Shown here one piece after another: positions 38,136 through 47,890 of a stretch of DNA of 61,500 bases. This DNA comes from an uncultured Melioribacter sp. (lineage in GTDB: Bacteria; Bacteroidota; Ignavibacteria; Kapaibacteriales; Kapaibacteriaceae), in NCBI GenBank assembly GCA_964484755.1, contig CAZAGH010000001.1, positions 48,867 to 110,366 on the forward strand, written 5' to 3'. The notes beneath the pieces are model-generated. The model worked only from the letters and a program-made list of their open reading frames with translations, made no database searches and was not told the origin of the DNA. The translations under genes were made by a program, and so were the position numbers. How positions within the stretch are numbered: the stretch's first letter is position 1; each line of letters starts with the position of its first letter.

Positions 38136-38261
38136 CTACTCTGACTCGAGGTTGTGTAAACGCGCGTCAATGCGCTGGACATAGAACGCTATGCCTATCC
38201 AAATCAGCAGCGATGTTGCCAGCACAACATACATGGGATGTTCTGTCAAAAACTGCATCAT
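38136..38261 (-). CDS. ccmD: CcmD-like single-TM small protein (41 aa); not in the supplied ORF track
   Basis: My own translation of the minus strand gives MMQFLTEHPMYVVLATSLLIWIGIAFYVQRIDARLHNLESE*. The ATG overlaps the ccmC stop (ATGA at 38258-38261). Its position between ccmC and ccmE, and its layout of one TM plus a basic tail, match CcmD. Confidence 0.5.
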   Translation of the reverse strand: MMQFLTEHPMYVVLATSLLIWIGIAFYVQRIDARLHNLESE

Positions 38262-39289
38262 AGTCCATTCTCCGTTTGCGAGCGTTGACGTGTCAATCGA
38301 GTTATTCGTACATGCAAATTCATCAGCCAGAAATAGACCATGGTGAATGCAAACAGCGCAAGACCAAAAACGACCTGTTTCGTGAGATTGATGTCAGAAG
38401 ATTTTGGGCTCAGTAAGGGGCCTGCATTCGTGTCATCAGCACTACCAGGGTGCAGTCCGGGAACGAGTCGCGGCAAAATGAACATCAAAAACGGTGCTGT
38501 CAGGAATGCGATCACCGAGTATACGGCAGAGAGTCTGGCGCGCTTCTCAGGGTCTTCGATGGCGGAACGAAGCAGGAAATAGGCTGCATAGATCAACAGG
38601 AGAATGAAGATCGATGACTCCCGTGGATCCCAGTTCCAGAATGATCCCCAATTGAACTTTGCCCACACAGAACCAGTCACCGTTGCCAGAATCGTGAACA
38701 ATGTTCCCACCGATGCTGCAGAGGCCGAGACATCATCGAGTTCTATCTGTCTGCTTCGGATGTAACGGATGGCAAAGACCATCGAGATCAGATATGCAAT
38801 GATCGCAACCCACGACATTGGGACGTGGAAGAAGATTATCCGAGCGCGTTCTTCCAAGCCGATGATGTACGGTAACGTGATGGCAGGATCAACTTCGATC
38901 ACACTCACGACATCAACGATCGCGTCGCTTCCTGCCCGACGAAGCCCAAGTACGAGATCAACAGAAGAAGGCATATCTGCGAGACGAACACGTGCAACGT
39001 TTGAAACACCCACGACGATATTGGTCGCTCGGGAGTCAGTTAGTGTTCCTGTGCTCGAATCCCACCGCACAAGGGCCGGTACGACCTTTGTGCTATCGAT
39101 CCGGCTCTGGGTTACAACATCACGCATGTTGCCAGCAATAGGCGGCATGATGCCTAAGATGATCGTGAGCACTACGGCAGCTACGGTCACAAAACGCCAC
39201 CAAAGAGGCTTTTGCTTCCATGAGCCTCTCGGTAAAAATCCCAACACAACTCCCAGGAGAACCCCCCCGAGCATCAACGCGTATTTCAT
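38258..39289 (-). CDS. ccmC: heme exporter/handling protein CcmC with a roughly 150-aa N-terminal extension (343 aa)
   Basis: Contains the WWD motif WGSFWNWDPRESS and the conserved His context FFHVPMSW. The extra N-terminal part has 2 TMs and a roughly 100-aa soluble loop. Confidence 0.8.
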   Translation of the reverse strand: MKYALMLGGVLLGVVLGFLPRGSWKQKPLWWRFVTVAAVVLTIILGIMPPIAGNMRDVVTQSRIDSTKVVPALVRWDSSTGTLTDSRATNIVVGVSNVARVRLADMPSSVDLVLGLRRAGSDAIVDVVSVIEVDPAITLPYIIGLEERARIIFFHVPMSWVAIIAYLISMVFAIRYIRSRQIELDDVSASAASVGTLFTILATVTGSVWAKFNWGSFWNWDPRESSIFILLLIYAAYFLLRSAIEDPEKRARLSAVYSVIAFLTAPFLMFILPRLVPGLHPGSADDTNAGPLLSPKSSDINLTKQVVFGLALFAFTMVYFWLMNLHVRITRLTRQRSQTENGL

Positions 39290-39675
39290 GGTTGCGAAGT
39301 TACGAACTTCACGCCCCGGGCGTGGAGTTCTGGTACATGCGTATTGCCGATCACGGTATCGCGAACAACTCCCTTGACCAGGACGGTTCCCTGAGAAATC
39401 ACGGGGATGCCTATGCCATTAACAGTGAACCGTGTGATGATCTCACTGCGGTCGTCAACAAGCGCAAACCAGCATCCTTCATCTTGACAGACTTCCTTGA
39501 TTGTACCACGCACGATTAGGGTGCGTCCACGATTAGGAATTTCCCGCGCCTGACTGACCGAAGATGTCGTCTGCTCATCATCGATGGGGTCACCGAATTC
39601 GGTCTGACGTGAACATGATGCAAACAACAGCATCACGAGGACAAGGGCACAGATGGTTAGGATTGCTCGAGGCAT
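39286..39675 (-). CDS. lipoprotein, DUF4920-like (129 aa)
   Basis: The start is trimmed to ATG 39675, giving a lipobox signal (MPRAILTICALVLVMLLFASC). The upstream ATG 39699 lies inside the tRNA terminator loop. The motif GTIKEVCQDEGCWF resembles the DUF4920 core. The stop overlaps the ccmC start (ATGA). Confidence 0.55.
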   Translation of the reverse strand: MPRAILTICALVLVMLLFASCSRQTEFGDPIDDEQTTSSVSQAREIPNRGRTLIVRGTIKEVCQDEGCWFALVDDRSEIITRFTVNGIGIPVISQGTVLVKGVVRDTVIGNTHVPELHARGVKFVTSQP

Positions 39676-39681
39676 AGCATT

Positions 39682-39717
39682 AAAAATTACGCCGCTCATG
39701 CGAATCGCGTGAGCGGC
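39682..39717 (-). terminator. intrinsic terminator downstream of tRNA-Thr
   Basis: On the minus strand an 8-bp GC-rich stem (GCCGCTCA, 11-nt loop, TGAGCGGC at 39691-39717) is followed by GTAATTTTTA. Confidence 0.55.
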
Positions 39718-39721
39718 GTGT

Positions 39722-39797
39722 TGGAGCCAATGACCGGACTTGAACCGGTGACCTGCTCATTACGAATGAGCTGCTCTACCAGCTGAGCTACATTGGC
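39722..39797 (-). tRNA. tRNA-Thr (anticodon CGT), 76 nt with encoded CCA
   Basis: The hand-folded cloverleaf is GCCAATG-TA-GCTC-AGCTGGTA-GAGC-A-GCTCA-TTCGTAA-TGAGC-AGGTC-ACCGG-TTCAAGT-CCGGT-CATTGGC-T-CCA. The ORF 39696-39908 is its spurious translation. Confidence 0.9.
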
Positions 39798-39806
39798 AAG
39801 TGGCTT

Positions 39807-39814
39807 CAAAGATA
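39807..39814 (-). promoter_or_regulatory. -7 box TATCTTTG for tRNA-Thr
   Basis: The minus-strand octamer ends 9 nt before the mature 5' end of the tRNA. A TTG lies 20 nt further upstream, which is a -33-like spacing. Confidence 0.45.
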
Positions 39815-39855
39815 GGGATGTCAACGATTTGGCACAAGCCTGCCACGCTGCCTCA

Positions 39856-40548
39856 TCATTGTTGAGTGCTTCGTAGTGCGTTAATGTACTTCTCGACGTA
39901 TGCATCACGTTGTTTCCTGCGATACTGCATGATGTAGCGCGGATGTTCCAGGTAGATCACGTTACCGAATGAACACTGCGTGCGAACATTCCGCTCAACA
40001 AATGACTGCAGTTTGCCAGTTCCGAGAATGATTGTCGTATCGCTCCGCAGACCAAACTGGTGTTGCGATGAGACCCATTTCTGTATCATCGGCGTGAGCG
40101 CCGACTGTAGCTCGGGTGTGTCATAGAAGTTCACGTTTTTGCCATCAGCAACAAACCCAAGCGGCGACAATGCCGAGAGATAGAAGTCCGCATAAAATGA
40201 ATTTGGTCCACCGTAGGCCTCAATGACCTGTTGAATAAACTCAGCGGAAATCTCACGTCTACCTGCGATCGAAGATTCTATTCCAAGGAGGTTTTGAACC
40301 GCAAATGGATCCGTGAACGAAAGCCCCGTGACACCCGCGCCAAATCGACCGGGATTAATGCCCCATACACCAACTCGTGGCTTGTGCCCCGAATAGTACT
40401 TGGTGCACATTGCATGCACGACTCTACAAACTTCTGGATCACTGTATGGTTGAAGCACCTCGATCCCCACGGGCAGGGGCACATCAATCGTCAACTGTGT
40501 CAGAAAATCTGCTATGCGACTCCCAAACTCAATCGAGTTCGTAGACAT
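39856..40548 (-). CDS. uracil-DNA glycosylase superfamily protein (DUF4918 / SMUG2-like), 230 aa
   Basis: The start is trimmed to ATG 40548 (MSTNSIEF). The motif GVWGINPGRFGAGVTGLSFTDP and the C-terminal LEHPRYIMQY are recalled as typical of the DUF4918/SMUG2 group. No search was run. Confidence 0.5.
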   Translation of the reverse strand: MSTNSIEFGSRIADFLTQLTIDVPLPVGIEVLQPYSDPEVCRVVHAMCTKYYSGHKPRVGVWGINPGRFGAGVTGLSFTDPFAVQNLLGIESSIAGRREISAEFIQQVIEAYGGPNSFYADFYLSALSPLGFVADGKNVNFYDTPELQSALTPMIQKWVSSQHQFGLRSDTTIILGTGKLQSFVERNVRTQCSFGNVIYLEHPRYIMQYRRKQRDAYVEKYINALRSTQQ

Positions 40549-42028
40549 CCTGAGCCTTCGCTCCGACATACGCAAGAAAATCGGTTTCCGTTAGGGGGCG
40601 CCCACACACGCGCTGAACAATCTCTGCTGGTGTTTCTGACCGGCCGACCGTATGAATGTGCTTGCGCAGCCATGAGAGAATCTGCGAAAACTCACCACGG
40701 CGAATCTGCTCCCTAACATCAGGAATATCCTTCTGCATTGCGTTCCATTCCATGGCGGCATAGAGCTTACCAAGGGTATAGCTCGGGAAGTAGCCTATGC
40801 CTCCAAACGACCAATGCACATCCTGCAAACACCCTTCCGCATCATTGGGCGGCACAACGCCGAGAGAAGCCTGCATCTTTTCGTTCCACACACGCGGAAC
40901 ATCTGCGACTTCAAGCGCTCCACCGATCAGGTCACGCTCGATCTCGAATCGCAAAATGATGTGGAGATTGTAGGTCAACTCGTCGCTCTCAACGCGATTC
41001 AGCGATGGCTGCATCTTGTTGATGGCTCTGTAGAAGTCACGTGCCGTCAATCCGTCAACCTGCTCGGGGAATTCTTGTTGAAGACGTGGGAAAGCCCAAT
41101 GCCAAAACTCTTCGCTCCGGGCGATGACGTTTTCCCAGAACAATGACTGAGATTCGTGAATACCCATGCTGGCGCCCTGACCAGCAGGGGTGCGTTCAAA
41201 TACTTCGCCAATTCCCTGCTCGTACATTCCATGCCCAGCCTCGTGAATAAGGCCAAACAGGCATGAGCGTAGGTCCTTCTCACGTATGCGCGTTGTTAAC
41301 CGCACGTCATGCTTGCCAAAGTTTGTACAGAAAGGATGGGCAGATAGGTCTACCCTCCCTGTCGTAAGGTCAAACCCAAGTTTTGCAATGATCTCAGTGG
41401 CCAAGGCAAGCTGCGTGTCCTTGTTGTACGAGCGGTATAGCACACTGTCGGATACGCTGTCCTGCACCGCAGAGATCGAAGAAAGGAGCTCCACGGTTCC
41501 CTGGCGCAAGCGATCAAACACGGGCGTAATGATGTCCACTGTCAGACCAGGTTCGTATTGGTCGAGTAGGTTGTCGTAGGGGTGAGTAGCCTGTCCCAAC
41601 AACGATGCTTCCCGACGCTTGAGCTCAACAGTCTTTTCGAGTAGAGGTTGGAAAATGGTAAAGTCTGATGCCGCACGCGCACGCTTCCATGCATCCTGTG
41701 CCATAGCTGCCGTGCGTGACATTTCTTCAACCAGTTCAACCGGCAGTTTGACTGCCATTTCATGGTCTCGTATAAACGTCCTGACGATCATCGCCTGCTC
41801 ATTGGTGAGATTGTGCAGCTGATCACGAATCTCCGAAACGAGTTCGCGTGTCTCGGCAGATGTAACGTGATGATGGATCAACGATGAGATCGTAGCCATT
41901 TGATTGGCGCGCCCCATCACTGAGCCGTCGGGCATGTAGGTCTCTTGATCCCAGCCAAGCAGTGCTCCGGCCGCACCGAGGTCGGCCACGGTGTTCATCA
42001 CCCGAAGCAGGTTATCATACGTCGTCAT
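40529..42028 (-). CDS. M32 carboxypeptidase (carboxypeptidase Taq family), 499 aa
   Basis: Contains the zinc site HEAGHGMYEQG, plus IHESQS and the M32-typical motifs DVHW..G.GYFPSY.LG. Confidence 0.88.
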   Translation of the reverse strand: MTTYDNLLRVMNTVADLGAAGALLGWDQETYMPDGSVMGRANQMATISSLIHHHVTSAETRELVSEIRDQLHNLTNEQAMIVRTFIRDHEMAVKLPVELVEEMSRTAAMAQDAWKRARAASDFTIFQPLLEKTVELKRREASLLGQATHPYDNLLDQYEPGLTVDIITPVFDRLRQGTVELLSSISAVQDSVSDSVLYRSYNKDTQLALATEIIAKLGFDLTTGRVDLSAHPFCTNFGKHDVRLTTRIREKDLRSCLFGLIHEAGHGMYEQGIGEVFERTPAGQGASMGIHESQSLFWENVIARSEEFWHWAFPRLQQEFPEQVDGLTARDFYRAINKMQPSLNRVESDELTYNLHIILRFEIERDLIGGALEVADVPRVWNEKMQASLGVVPPNDAEGCLQDVHWSFGGIGYFPSYTLGKLYAAMEWNAMQKDIPDVREQIRRGEFSQILSWLRKHIHTVGRSETPAEIVQRVCGRPLTETDFLAYVGAKAQDVYELD

Positions 42029-42043
42029 CGTGAGGTCCTTACG

Positions 42044-43090
42044 TTAAATGATCATCAGCGCGTCACCGTAGGCAAAGAGCCTGTATCCGCTCTTCATGGC
42101 ACGCTTGTAGGCCTTGAACATCGGATCCTTGCCTCCAGCATAGGCCGTAGCTACAAGCAACGACGGTGATGCTGGTTGGTGGAAATTCGTAATGAATCGA
42201 TTAGCGATCTTGAATTCGTACGGTGGATGGATAAACTTATCTGTCCATCCCTTATTCGGCTTTACAATGCCGCTGGTGAGCACACTTGACTCCAAGGCGC
42301 GCACGACACTACAACCCACAGCATATACGTTACGCTTCGATTTGAGGGCCTTGTTGATCACATCTGCCGAATCCTTTGTGATCTCAAAATACTCACTGTA
42401 CATCCGGTGCTTGGTCAGGTCTTCCACTTCGATCGTTTCGAAGATGCCCTGCCCAATGTTGAGCTGTACTGTTGCGATCTTTACACCCTTCTTTTCCGCA
42501 GCCTTGAGTAGCTTTTCCGAGAAGTGCAAGCCAGCCGTTGGCGGCGCAATCGAACCCACCTTGTTCGGATTAGCAAAAACACATTGATAATCCTGCTTAT
42601 CCTGCTCGGTTGGCTCACGCTTGATGTACTCTGGGATCGGCATTTGGCCAATTGTCTCAATCACTTCGTGGAGGTCCCCATCGTACGAGAACCTCACCGT
42701 GCGGCCTCTGGATGTCGTGTTGTCAATGATCTCACAGTAGAACTTGTTGTTGTCAAAGTAGATCTTGTTGCCAATACGAACCTTGCGCGCAGGCTCTACG
42801 AGAACATCCCAAATACGCTCCTGAGCTTTGAGCTCGCGGAGAAGCATGACCTCGATCTTGGCATTTGTCTTCTCTTTCTTGCCGAAAAGACGTGCCGGAA
42901 ACACCTTTGTGTCATTGACGACGATTACATCCCCTGCCTTCATGTATTGTAGGATGTCCTTGAACTCCTTATCCTCGATCTCGCCAGTTTCACGGTTGAG
43001 CACCATCATTTTTGCACTTTCGCGCGGGTCAGATGGCTGTTTAGCAATAGAATTCTTTGGAACCGAAAACTTGAATTCGGACAATTTCAT
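42044..43090 (-). CDS. queA: S-adenosylmethionine:tRNA ribosyltransferase-isomerase
   Basis: Contains MKLSEFKF..P...IA..P, NDTKVFPARL, GSIAAPTAG-like GSIAPPTAGLHF and ANRFITNFHQP.S. Confidence 0.92.
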   Translation of the reverse strand: MKLSEFKFSVPKNSIAKQPSDPRESAKMMVLNRETGEIEDKEFKDILQYMKAGDVIVVNDTKVFPARLFGKKEKTNAKIEVMLLRELKAQERIWDVLVEPARKVRIGNKIYFDNNKFYCEIIDNTTSRGRTVRFSYDGDLHEVIETIGQMPIPEYIKREPTEQDKQDYQCVFANPNKVGSIAPPTAGLHFSEKLLKAAEKKGVKIATVQLNIGQGIFETIEVEDLTKHRMYSEYFEITKDSADVINKALKSKRNVYAVGCSVVRALESSVLTSGIVKPNKGWTDKFIHPPYEFKIANRFITNFHQPASPSLLVATAYAGGKDPMFKAYKRAMKSGYRLFAYGDALMII

Positions 43091-43124
43091 GGCCGGTGGC
43101 CTTCACAGTATTGGGGAAAGACTG

Positions 43125-43132
43125 CAAAGATA
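43125..43132 (-). promoter_or_regulatory. -7 box TATCTTTG for the queA-carboxypeptidase-UDG operon
   Basis: The minus-strand octamer lies 34 nt upstream of the queA ATG at 43090. The extended context (TATCTTTGC) is identical to the boxes at 14235-14261. Confidence 0.45.
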
Positions 43133-43173
43133 CGGCGATTTTGAGGCGATGTCCAGTCTTGATTACACGATTA

Positions 43174-44532
43174 CTACCTGTTATCCACAATGTGGAAAAC
43201 ATGTTCTGCCTGTAAAATTATCACGATAACTACCATAATGATCAAATTCATGCGGTGTTTCTTTAAATGATCCCCACTCATGGATTGAGAGGTTATCAAC
43301 ATCAATGTGGCCGCTGATAGTGGAAAAAGTAGAGGAAGGATGACCGTATGATACTTAGCCACGGAAAACGCTATTAGATACGGGGCTATTGATGCGCCAA
43401 CTAACATTAGAATCAACTGTTTACGCAGTTTGCTTATTACACCCAGAATCATTCCTGCGAGACATAATATGAGGATGACGACAAAACCAGCCCCCTCAAA
43501 CAATAGCAAGACAGCTGTGATCGTACCTGAAAGTCCGTAGGTATTCTGAAGCTCACGCGAGGCCGTATAATCCATTCCAAAAAAGCCGCGGAAACGATTA
43601 GTTACTCTATACAGGGTGCGAATAGGATGGTCGGCGATATACGCAAGAGCACTGTCTTTCATCTGTCCACGCTGATTTAACGTGGCATATGCCGGTTGTT
43701 CGTGTTGAAGCATTTGACGCAAATAGGCACGAGCATCGTCTGGAAGTTGGTCAAATGTTCGCTGTCCGAAATGCCCTGTTTTGTAGTCGGGTGTGTACGG
43801 GTTGTTCCCAACAAGGAGATTCCATTCGTTGTTCGTTGAGAGCGTGAATCCCTGACCGTGGGCTGCATTGTGAAACATCACAGGCAGCATTACGGCCGCG
43901 TGAGTGAGCAGCAGGACGATAAGAGCCATAGACGACTTCAAACGAAGATGGCTGCGGCTCTTCCAGACCACCAAGACAGCTGCCAGTGCCAGGCACGAGA
44001 CCAGCAATGTCGCAGGCCTTGTGATGACAGAGAGGCTCATTAGGACGCAAGCAATGCTCAAGAGTAAAAAGCGTTCGGATCTGTAGGCGGCGATGGCAAG
44101 ACTGAGCCCGCCAGCAAACAAAGCAGCCGTAAGGGGCTGGGAGGATATCGTGCAAGTCGCAAGCAGACCGTGTGGCAGAAATACGGCCATAATCGTGGCT
44201 ATCCATGCCTGCCGCTTGTCGGAGCAAAGTTGCCATGCCAACGCAGCCGAGGCTATCGTGAACAATGTCCAGAATGTGACAGCAATCGCATGATCTGTGT
44301 GTATCGTAGGCCCAAAGGCCATGTAAAATGGCGCGGCTACAATTGCTGTTCCGGGAGGGAAATAGAAGAAACCTACCGAACCGTCGATCATTTTAAGCGC
44401 TTGTTGTCGGTACGATGGACCATCTTCTGTTTGAGGCATCTCGGACAGCACGCCAAAGGCTATGGCGAGTCGTAACAGTGCCCCAACAAGCAACGTTGCA
44501 ATGATTCGTCGTTTCCACGTCCCGTCATTCAT
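43174..44532 (-). CDS. GT-C glycosyltransferase, family 39/83-like (ArnT/PMT-like) polytopic membrane protein (452 aa)
   Basis: The start is trimmed to ATG 44532 ([22 protein letters not shown]). About 11 TM helices, with an acidic first-loop motif (TEDGPSY). Confidence 0.65.
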   Translation of the reverse strand: MNDGTWKRRIIATLLVGALLRLAIAFGVLSEMPQTEDGPSYRQQALKMIDGSVGFFYFPPGTAIVAAPFYMAFGPTIHTDHAIAVTFWTLFTIASAALAWQLCSDKRQAWIATIMAVFLPHGLLATCTISSQPLTAALFAGGLSLAIAAYRSERFLLLSIACVLMSLSVITRPATLLVSCLALAAVLVVWKSRSHLRLKSSMALIVLLLTHAAVMLPVMFHNAAHGQGFTLSTNNEWNLLVGNNPYTPDYKTGHFGQRTFDQLPDDARAYLRQMLQHEQPAYATLNQRGQMKDSALAYIADHPIRTLYRVTNRFRGFFGMDYTASRELQNTYGLSGTITAVLLLFEGAGFVVILILCLAGMILGVISKLRKQLILMLVGASIAPYLIAFSVAKYHTVILPLLFPLSAATLMLITSQSMSGDHLKKHRMNLIIMVVIVIILQAEHVFHIVDNR

Positions 44533-44568
44533 TCCGCGAATATCGCACCATATTCTTACGTTCGTACG

Positions 44569-46614
44569 ATGTCCACCGAAATCACCTCCGAATTCCCGCC
44601 CTTTTCGATCGTCACAAAGTACCAGCCTTCTGGCGACCAGCCGAAGGCCATAGCAGAGCTGGTTGAGGGTATGCATGAGGGGCGACGGTTCCAGACACTA
44701 CTTGGAGTTACGGGTTCGGGTAAGACGTTTACGATGTCCAATGTGATCGAACAAACACAGCGTCCCACACTCATCATTTCCCCCAATAAGACCCTAGCTG
44801 CTCAGCTCTACGGTGAGTTCAAAAGCTTCTTTCCGAACAATGCTGTCGAGTTTTTCATCTCGTACTACGATTATTATCAGCCTGAAGCCTACGTTCCAAC
44901 AACTGATGTCTACATCGAAAAGGACTTCTCGGTAAACGACGAGATCGATCGCTTAAGGCTGCGTGCAACGAGCGCCCTCGTGGAAGGACGCCGCGACGTT
45001 ATCGTGATAGCGTCGGTCTCCTGTATTTATGGAATCGGTGCAAAAGCAGACTTCAAAGATCAGCTCCTACTGCTGAAGGTCGGCATGGAGGTCTCTCGAC
45101 AGAAGCTTTTGTATCGGCTCAGTGACATTCATTACAGCAGGAACGATTTTGAGTTCACACGCGGCACTTTTCGCGTCCGTGGGGACATAGTCGACATCAT
45201 CCCAGCCGATGAGGATACACGAGCGATCCGAGTTGAACTTTTCGATGACAAAATCGATGCGATTTCATGGATAGACCGTCGAGACGGCAAGACGCTCGAA
45301 AAGGTAGATAAAGTCCTGCTCTACCCTGCTCGGTTGTTCGTGACATCACAGTCGAACCTCGCCAGGGCCATGGTGGACATTAAAGAGGAGCTCATTGCAC
45401 GGTTAAAGGAGCTACGAGAGAATGACATGTTGCTCGAGGCCCAACGTCTTGAGCAGAGGACATTGTATGACCTCGAAATGATGAAGGAAGTTGGCTACTG
45501 TTCTGGTATTGAGAACTATTCGATGCACCTTTCGGGTCGTAAACCGGGTGATAAGCCTCACTGTCTGCTAGACTATTTCCCTGAGGATTTCCTCCTCGTT
45601 CTCGATGAAAGCCACGTAACGCTTCCACAGCTACGTGCGATGTATAACGGAGACCGTCAGCGCAAGATGACGTTGGTGGAGCATGGGTTCCGCCTTCCAA
45701 GTGCCCTCGAGAATCGCCCTCTGAAATTCGAGGAGTTCGAATCGCACATTCATCAGGCGATCTACGTAAGTGCCACTCCTGGCGACTACGAACTCGAGCA
45801 ATGCATGGGAGTCGTGGTGGAACAGGTCATTCGACCAACGGGGCTTCTGGATCCGCGCATAGAGGTACGACCAGTCAAGAATCAAATTGACAATCTTCTC
45901 GAGGAGATTCGAATCCGCGTGGCTAAGAAAGAGCGTGTTCTTGTTACAACGCTTACGAAGAGAATGGCGGAAGACCTTACAGATTACCTGCACAACCTGT
46001 CGATTAGCGTTGCATACATTCACAGCGACGTTGACTCACTTGAGCGCGTTGAGATCATTCGAAGTCTGCGACTTGGCAATATTGACGTTCTCGTGGGTGT
46101 AAATCTTCTTCGCGAAGGACTCGACCTTCCCGAAGTATCTCTCGTGGCAATCCTGGATGCCGATAAAGAAGGCTTCCTGCGAAGCGAACGATCTCTGATG
46201 CAAACGGCTGGTCGGACGGCCCGTAACGTTGATGGCCTGGTGATCTTTTATGCCGACAACATCACGCGATCTATGAAGGCTGTCATGGATGAGACCAACC
46301 GTCGCCGTCAACTCCAAGAGCAATACAACATTGAACATGGTATCGAACCACGTACTGTATACAAGTCTCTTGAGGAGATCCTGGAATCTACTTCAGTAGC
46401 TGACATCCAGGCATCGAGGACGCAAAAGCGGACGGATGCAGAGCAATCGCGTCTTAAAAAGGCGGCAGAACCGATTGCCAAGTATCTCACACCGGAACAG
46501 CGTAACGAAATGATCGAACAAATGTTCGCGGAAATGAAAGAAGCGGCCAGAGCTCTCGACTTCGAGCGTGCTGCTCAGCTGCGTGACGAGATCGAGCGTC
46601 TAAAAGCGCTCTAA
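44569..46614 (+). CDS. uvrB: excinuclease ABC subunit B
   Basis: Contains PSGDQP.AI, the Walker [11 protein letters not shown], helicase motifs, and the C-terminal UVR domain [15 protein letters not shown]. Confidence 0.95.
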   Translation: MSTEITSEFPPFSIVTKYQPSGDQPKAIAELVEGMHEGRRFQTLLGVTGSGKTFTMSNVIEQTQRPTLIISPNKTLAAQLYGEFKSFFPNNAVEFFISYYDYYQPEAYVPTTDVYIEKDFSVNDEIDRLRLRATSALVEGRRDVIVIASVSCIYGIGAKADFKDQLLLLKVGMEVSRQKLLYRLSDIHYSRNDFEFTRGTFRVRGDIVDIIPADEDTRAIRVELFDDKIDAISWIDRRDGKTLEKVDKVLLYPARLFVTSQSNLARAMVDIKEELIARLKELRENDMLLEAQRLEQRTLYDLEMMKEVGYCSGIENYSMHLSGRKPGDKPHCLLDYFPEDFLLVLDESHVTLPQLRAMYNGDRQRKMTLVEHGFRLPSALENRPLKFEEFESHIHQAIYVSATPGDYELEQCMGVVVEQVIRPTGLLDPRIEVRPVKNQIDNLLEEIRIRVAKKERVLVTTLTKRMAEDLTDYLHNLSISVAYIHSDVDSLERVEIIRSLRLGNIDVLVGVNLLREGLDLPEVSLVAILDADKEGFLRSERSLMQTAGRTARNVDGLVIFYADNITRSMKAVMDETNRRRQLQEQYNIEHGIEPRTVYKSLEEILESTSVADIQASRTQKRTDAEQSRLKKAAEPIAKYLTPEQRNEMIEQMFAEMKEAARALDFERAAQLRDEIERLKAL

Positions 46615-47838
46615 TATCTGCCGATACAGTTGCACGAGCGTTGTTGCCACTGCCTCATGCGAGTAATGTGTTTCGACAAACGTATGGGCTGCACGCGCAC
46701 AACTGTCACGCATTGCCCTGTCTCGCAGTAGTTCGACACATGCTTGGGCAAACAACCTCGGATCGTCAGCAATCATACATTCACGTCCATGATGCACGTT
46801 GAGTCCTTCGGCCCCTTGAGACGTTGTAACAACTGGTGTCGAAAGTGAAAATGCTTCAAGTAGCTTGATGCGTATGCCGCTACCACTGAGTAATGGGGCT
46901 ACCGCAATAGCTTGCGATTCGTAGAATTGCGATACTGAATCAACCTCACCTATGCAGACAGCATTCGACGGCAAATTGAGCGAGCGGCAGAAGTTCTTCG
47001 AGCCCCTTCCAGCAATCGAGAAACAAACATCGGGGACCTGCTCCGCGATGAACGGCAATACCTGGTCAATGAACCAAACAAGCCCCTTGCGATTTGGCTC
47101 CCAGTCGAGGCTTCCAAGAAAACCGATTGTATTTCCACAATCAATCTTTTCAAACACTGGCTGAAGTGAGATACCGGGATGCAACTCACGTACGACGCTA
47201 TCCCTGACGTGTTGGCTATACCAAGCAGCATCATTTGCACTTATTGTTGCAATAGCTTCGACGCGACGGGAAATCCAGCTCTCGTAGTTCTGTGTTTGGC
47301 GGGCCAACACCCTACGGATGAATCTCACAGGAAATGATGTTGAGGATTCCTTTGCCAGACGATCCTGGATTCGCCATTCGACATTGTGACTTCTGTACAC
47401 CACTGCTGGAGCTGAGCTGGGGTGTACGGCCAAACCATAGTAGACAGTGAAAAGCGTTTCGCAGTGGACAACATCGTACGGTCCATGTTGCTCAACGAAG
47501 CGTTGCAATAAGTCGAGTGCCCGTTGATCGATGAAGCGTGAGATCCAGTAGGAAAGGGGCACACGTTCACCGGCAATGATGGCCGAAGGCGCTGCAATGA
47601 GCGAGCGCATCAGCTGAAGTGGACGTACCTCAGTCGATACGTCAGCCGAAGCATAGGCATTGCAGACTTGGTCTAAGGCTGAAGGGTCGCGACGTTGCCT
47701 GCTGGGATTCAATGCAAACACATCGACGGCGATTCCACTGCGTCTGAGGGCCATCAATGTTTCGAGCATAACCACCTCCGCCCCATCCCGAGCTGGGATG
47801 GGAATCCTAGGCAGTATCATCAAGATGCGTGGATTCAT
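46600..47838 (-). CDS. GT4-family glycosyltransferase (412 aa)
   Basis: ATG 47838 ([23 protein letters not shown]) is preferred over TTG 47850. The C-terminal GT-B region is [17 protein letters not shown]...PVVTT..GAEGL. Confidence 0.8.
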   Translation of the reverse strand: MNPRILMILPRIPIPARDGAEVVMLETLMALRRSGIAVDVFALNPSRQRRDPSALDQVCNAYASADVSTEVRPLQLMRSLIAAPSAIIAGERVPLSYWISRFIDQRALDLLQRFVEQHGPYDVVHCETLFTVYYGLAVHPSSAPAVVYRSHNVEWRIQDRLAKESSTSFPVRFIRRVLARQTQNYESWISRRVEAIATISANDAAWYSQHVRDSVVRELHPGISLQPVFEKIDCGNTIGFLGSLDWEPNRKGLVWFIDQVLPFIAEQVPDVCFSIAGRGSKNFCRSLNLPSNAVCIGEVDSVSQFYESQAIAVAPLLSGSGIRIKLLEAFSLSTPVVTTSQGAEGLNVHHGRECMIADDPRLFAQACVELLRDRAMRDSCARAAHTFVETHYSHEAVATTLVQLYRQILERF

Positions 47839-47890
47839 GTACCAAACCAAGATACAATACAGCTGGTCACATCGCGTATATTGCTACGCA

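Noticed and set aside
39696-39908. A 70-aa minus-strand ORF.
   Set aside because: Its central part (LANVAQLVEQLIRNEQVTGSSPVIGS) is the literal translation of the tRNA-Thr gene. Its 5' part overlaps the UDG-like gene end.
44533-44676. A 48-aa N-terminal extension of the ArnT-like ORF that runs across the uvrB start.
   Set aside because: The first TM and typical N-terminus begin at ATG 44532. The extension would overlap the uvrB coding start on the opposite strand.
47660-47890. A 77-aa N-terminal extension of the methyltransferase ORF.
   Set aside because: It lies antisense to the well-supported N-terminus of the GT4 gene. The methyltransferase fold is complete from ATG 47891.
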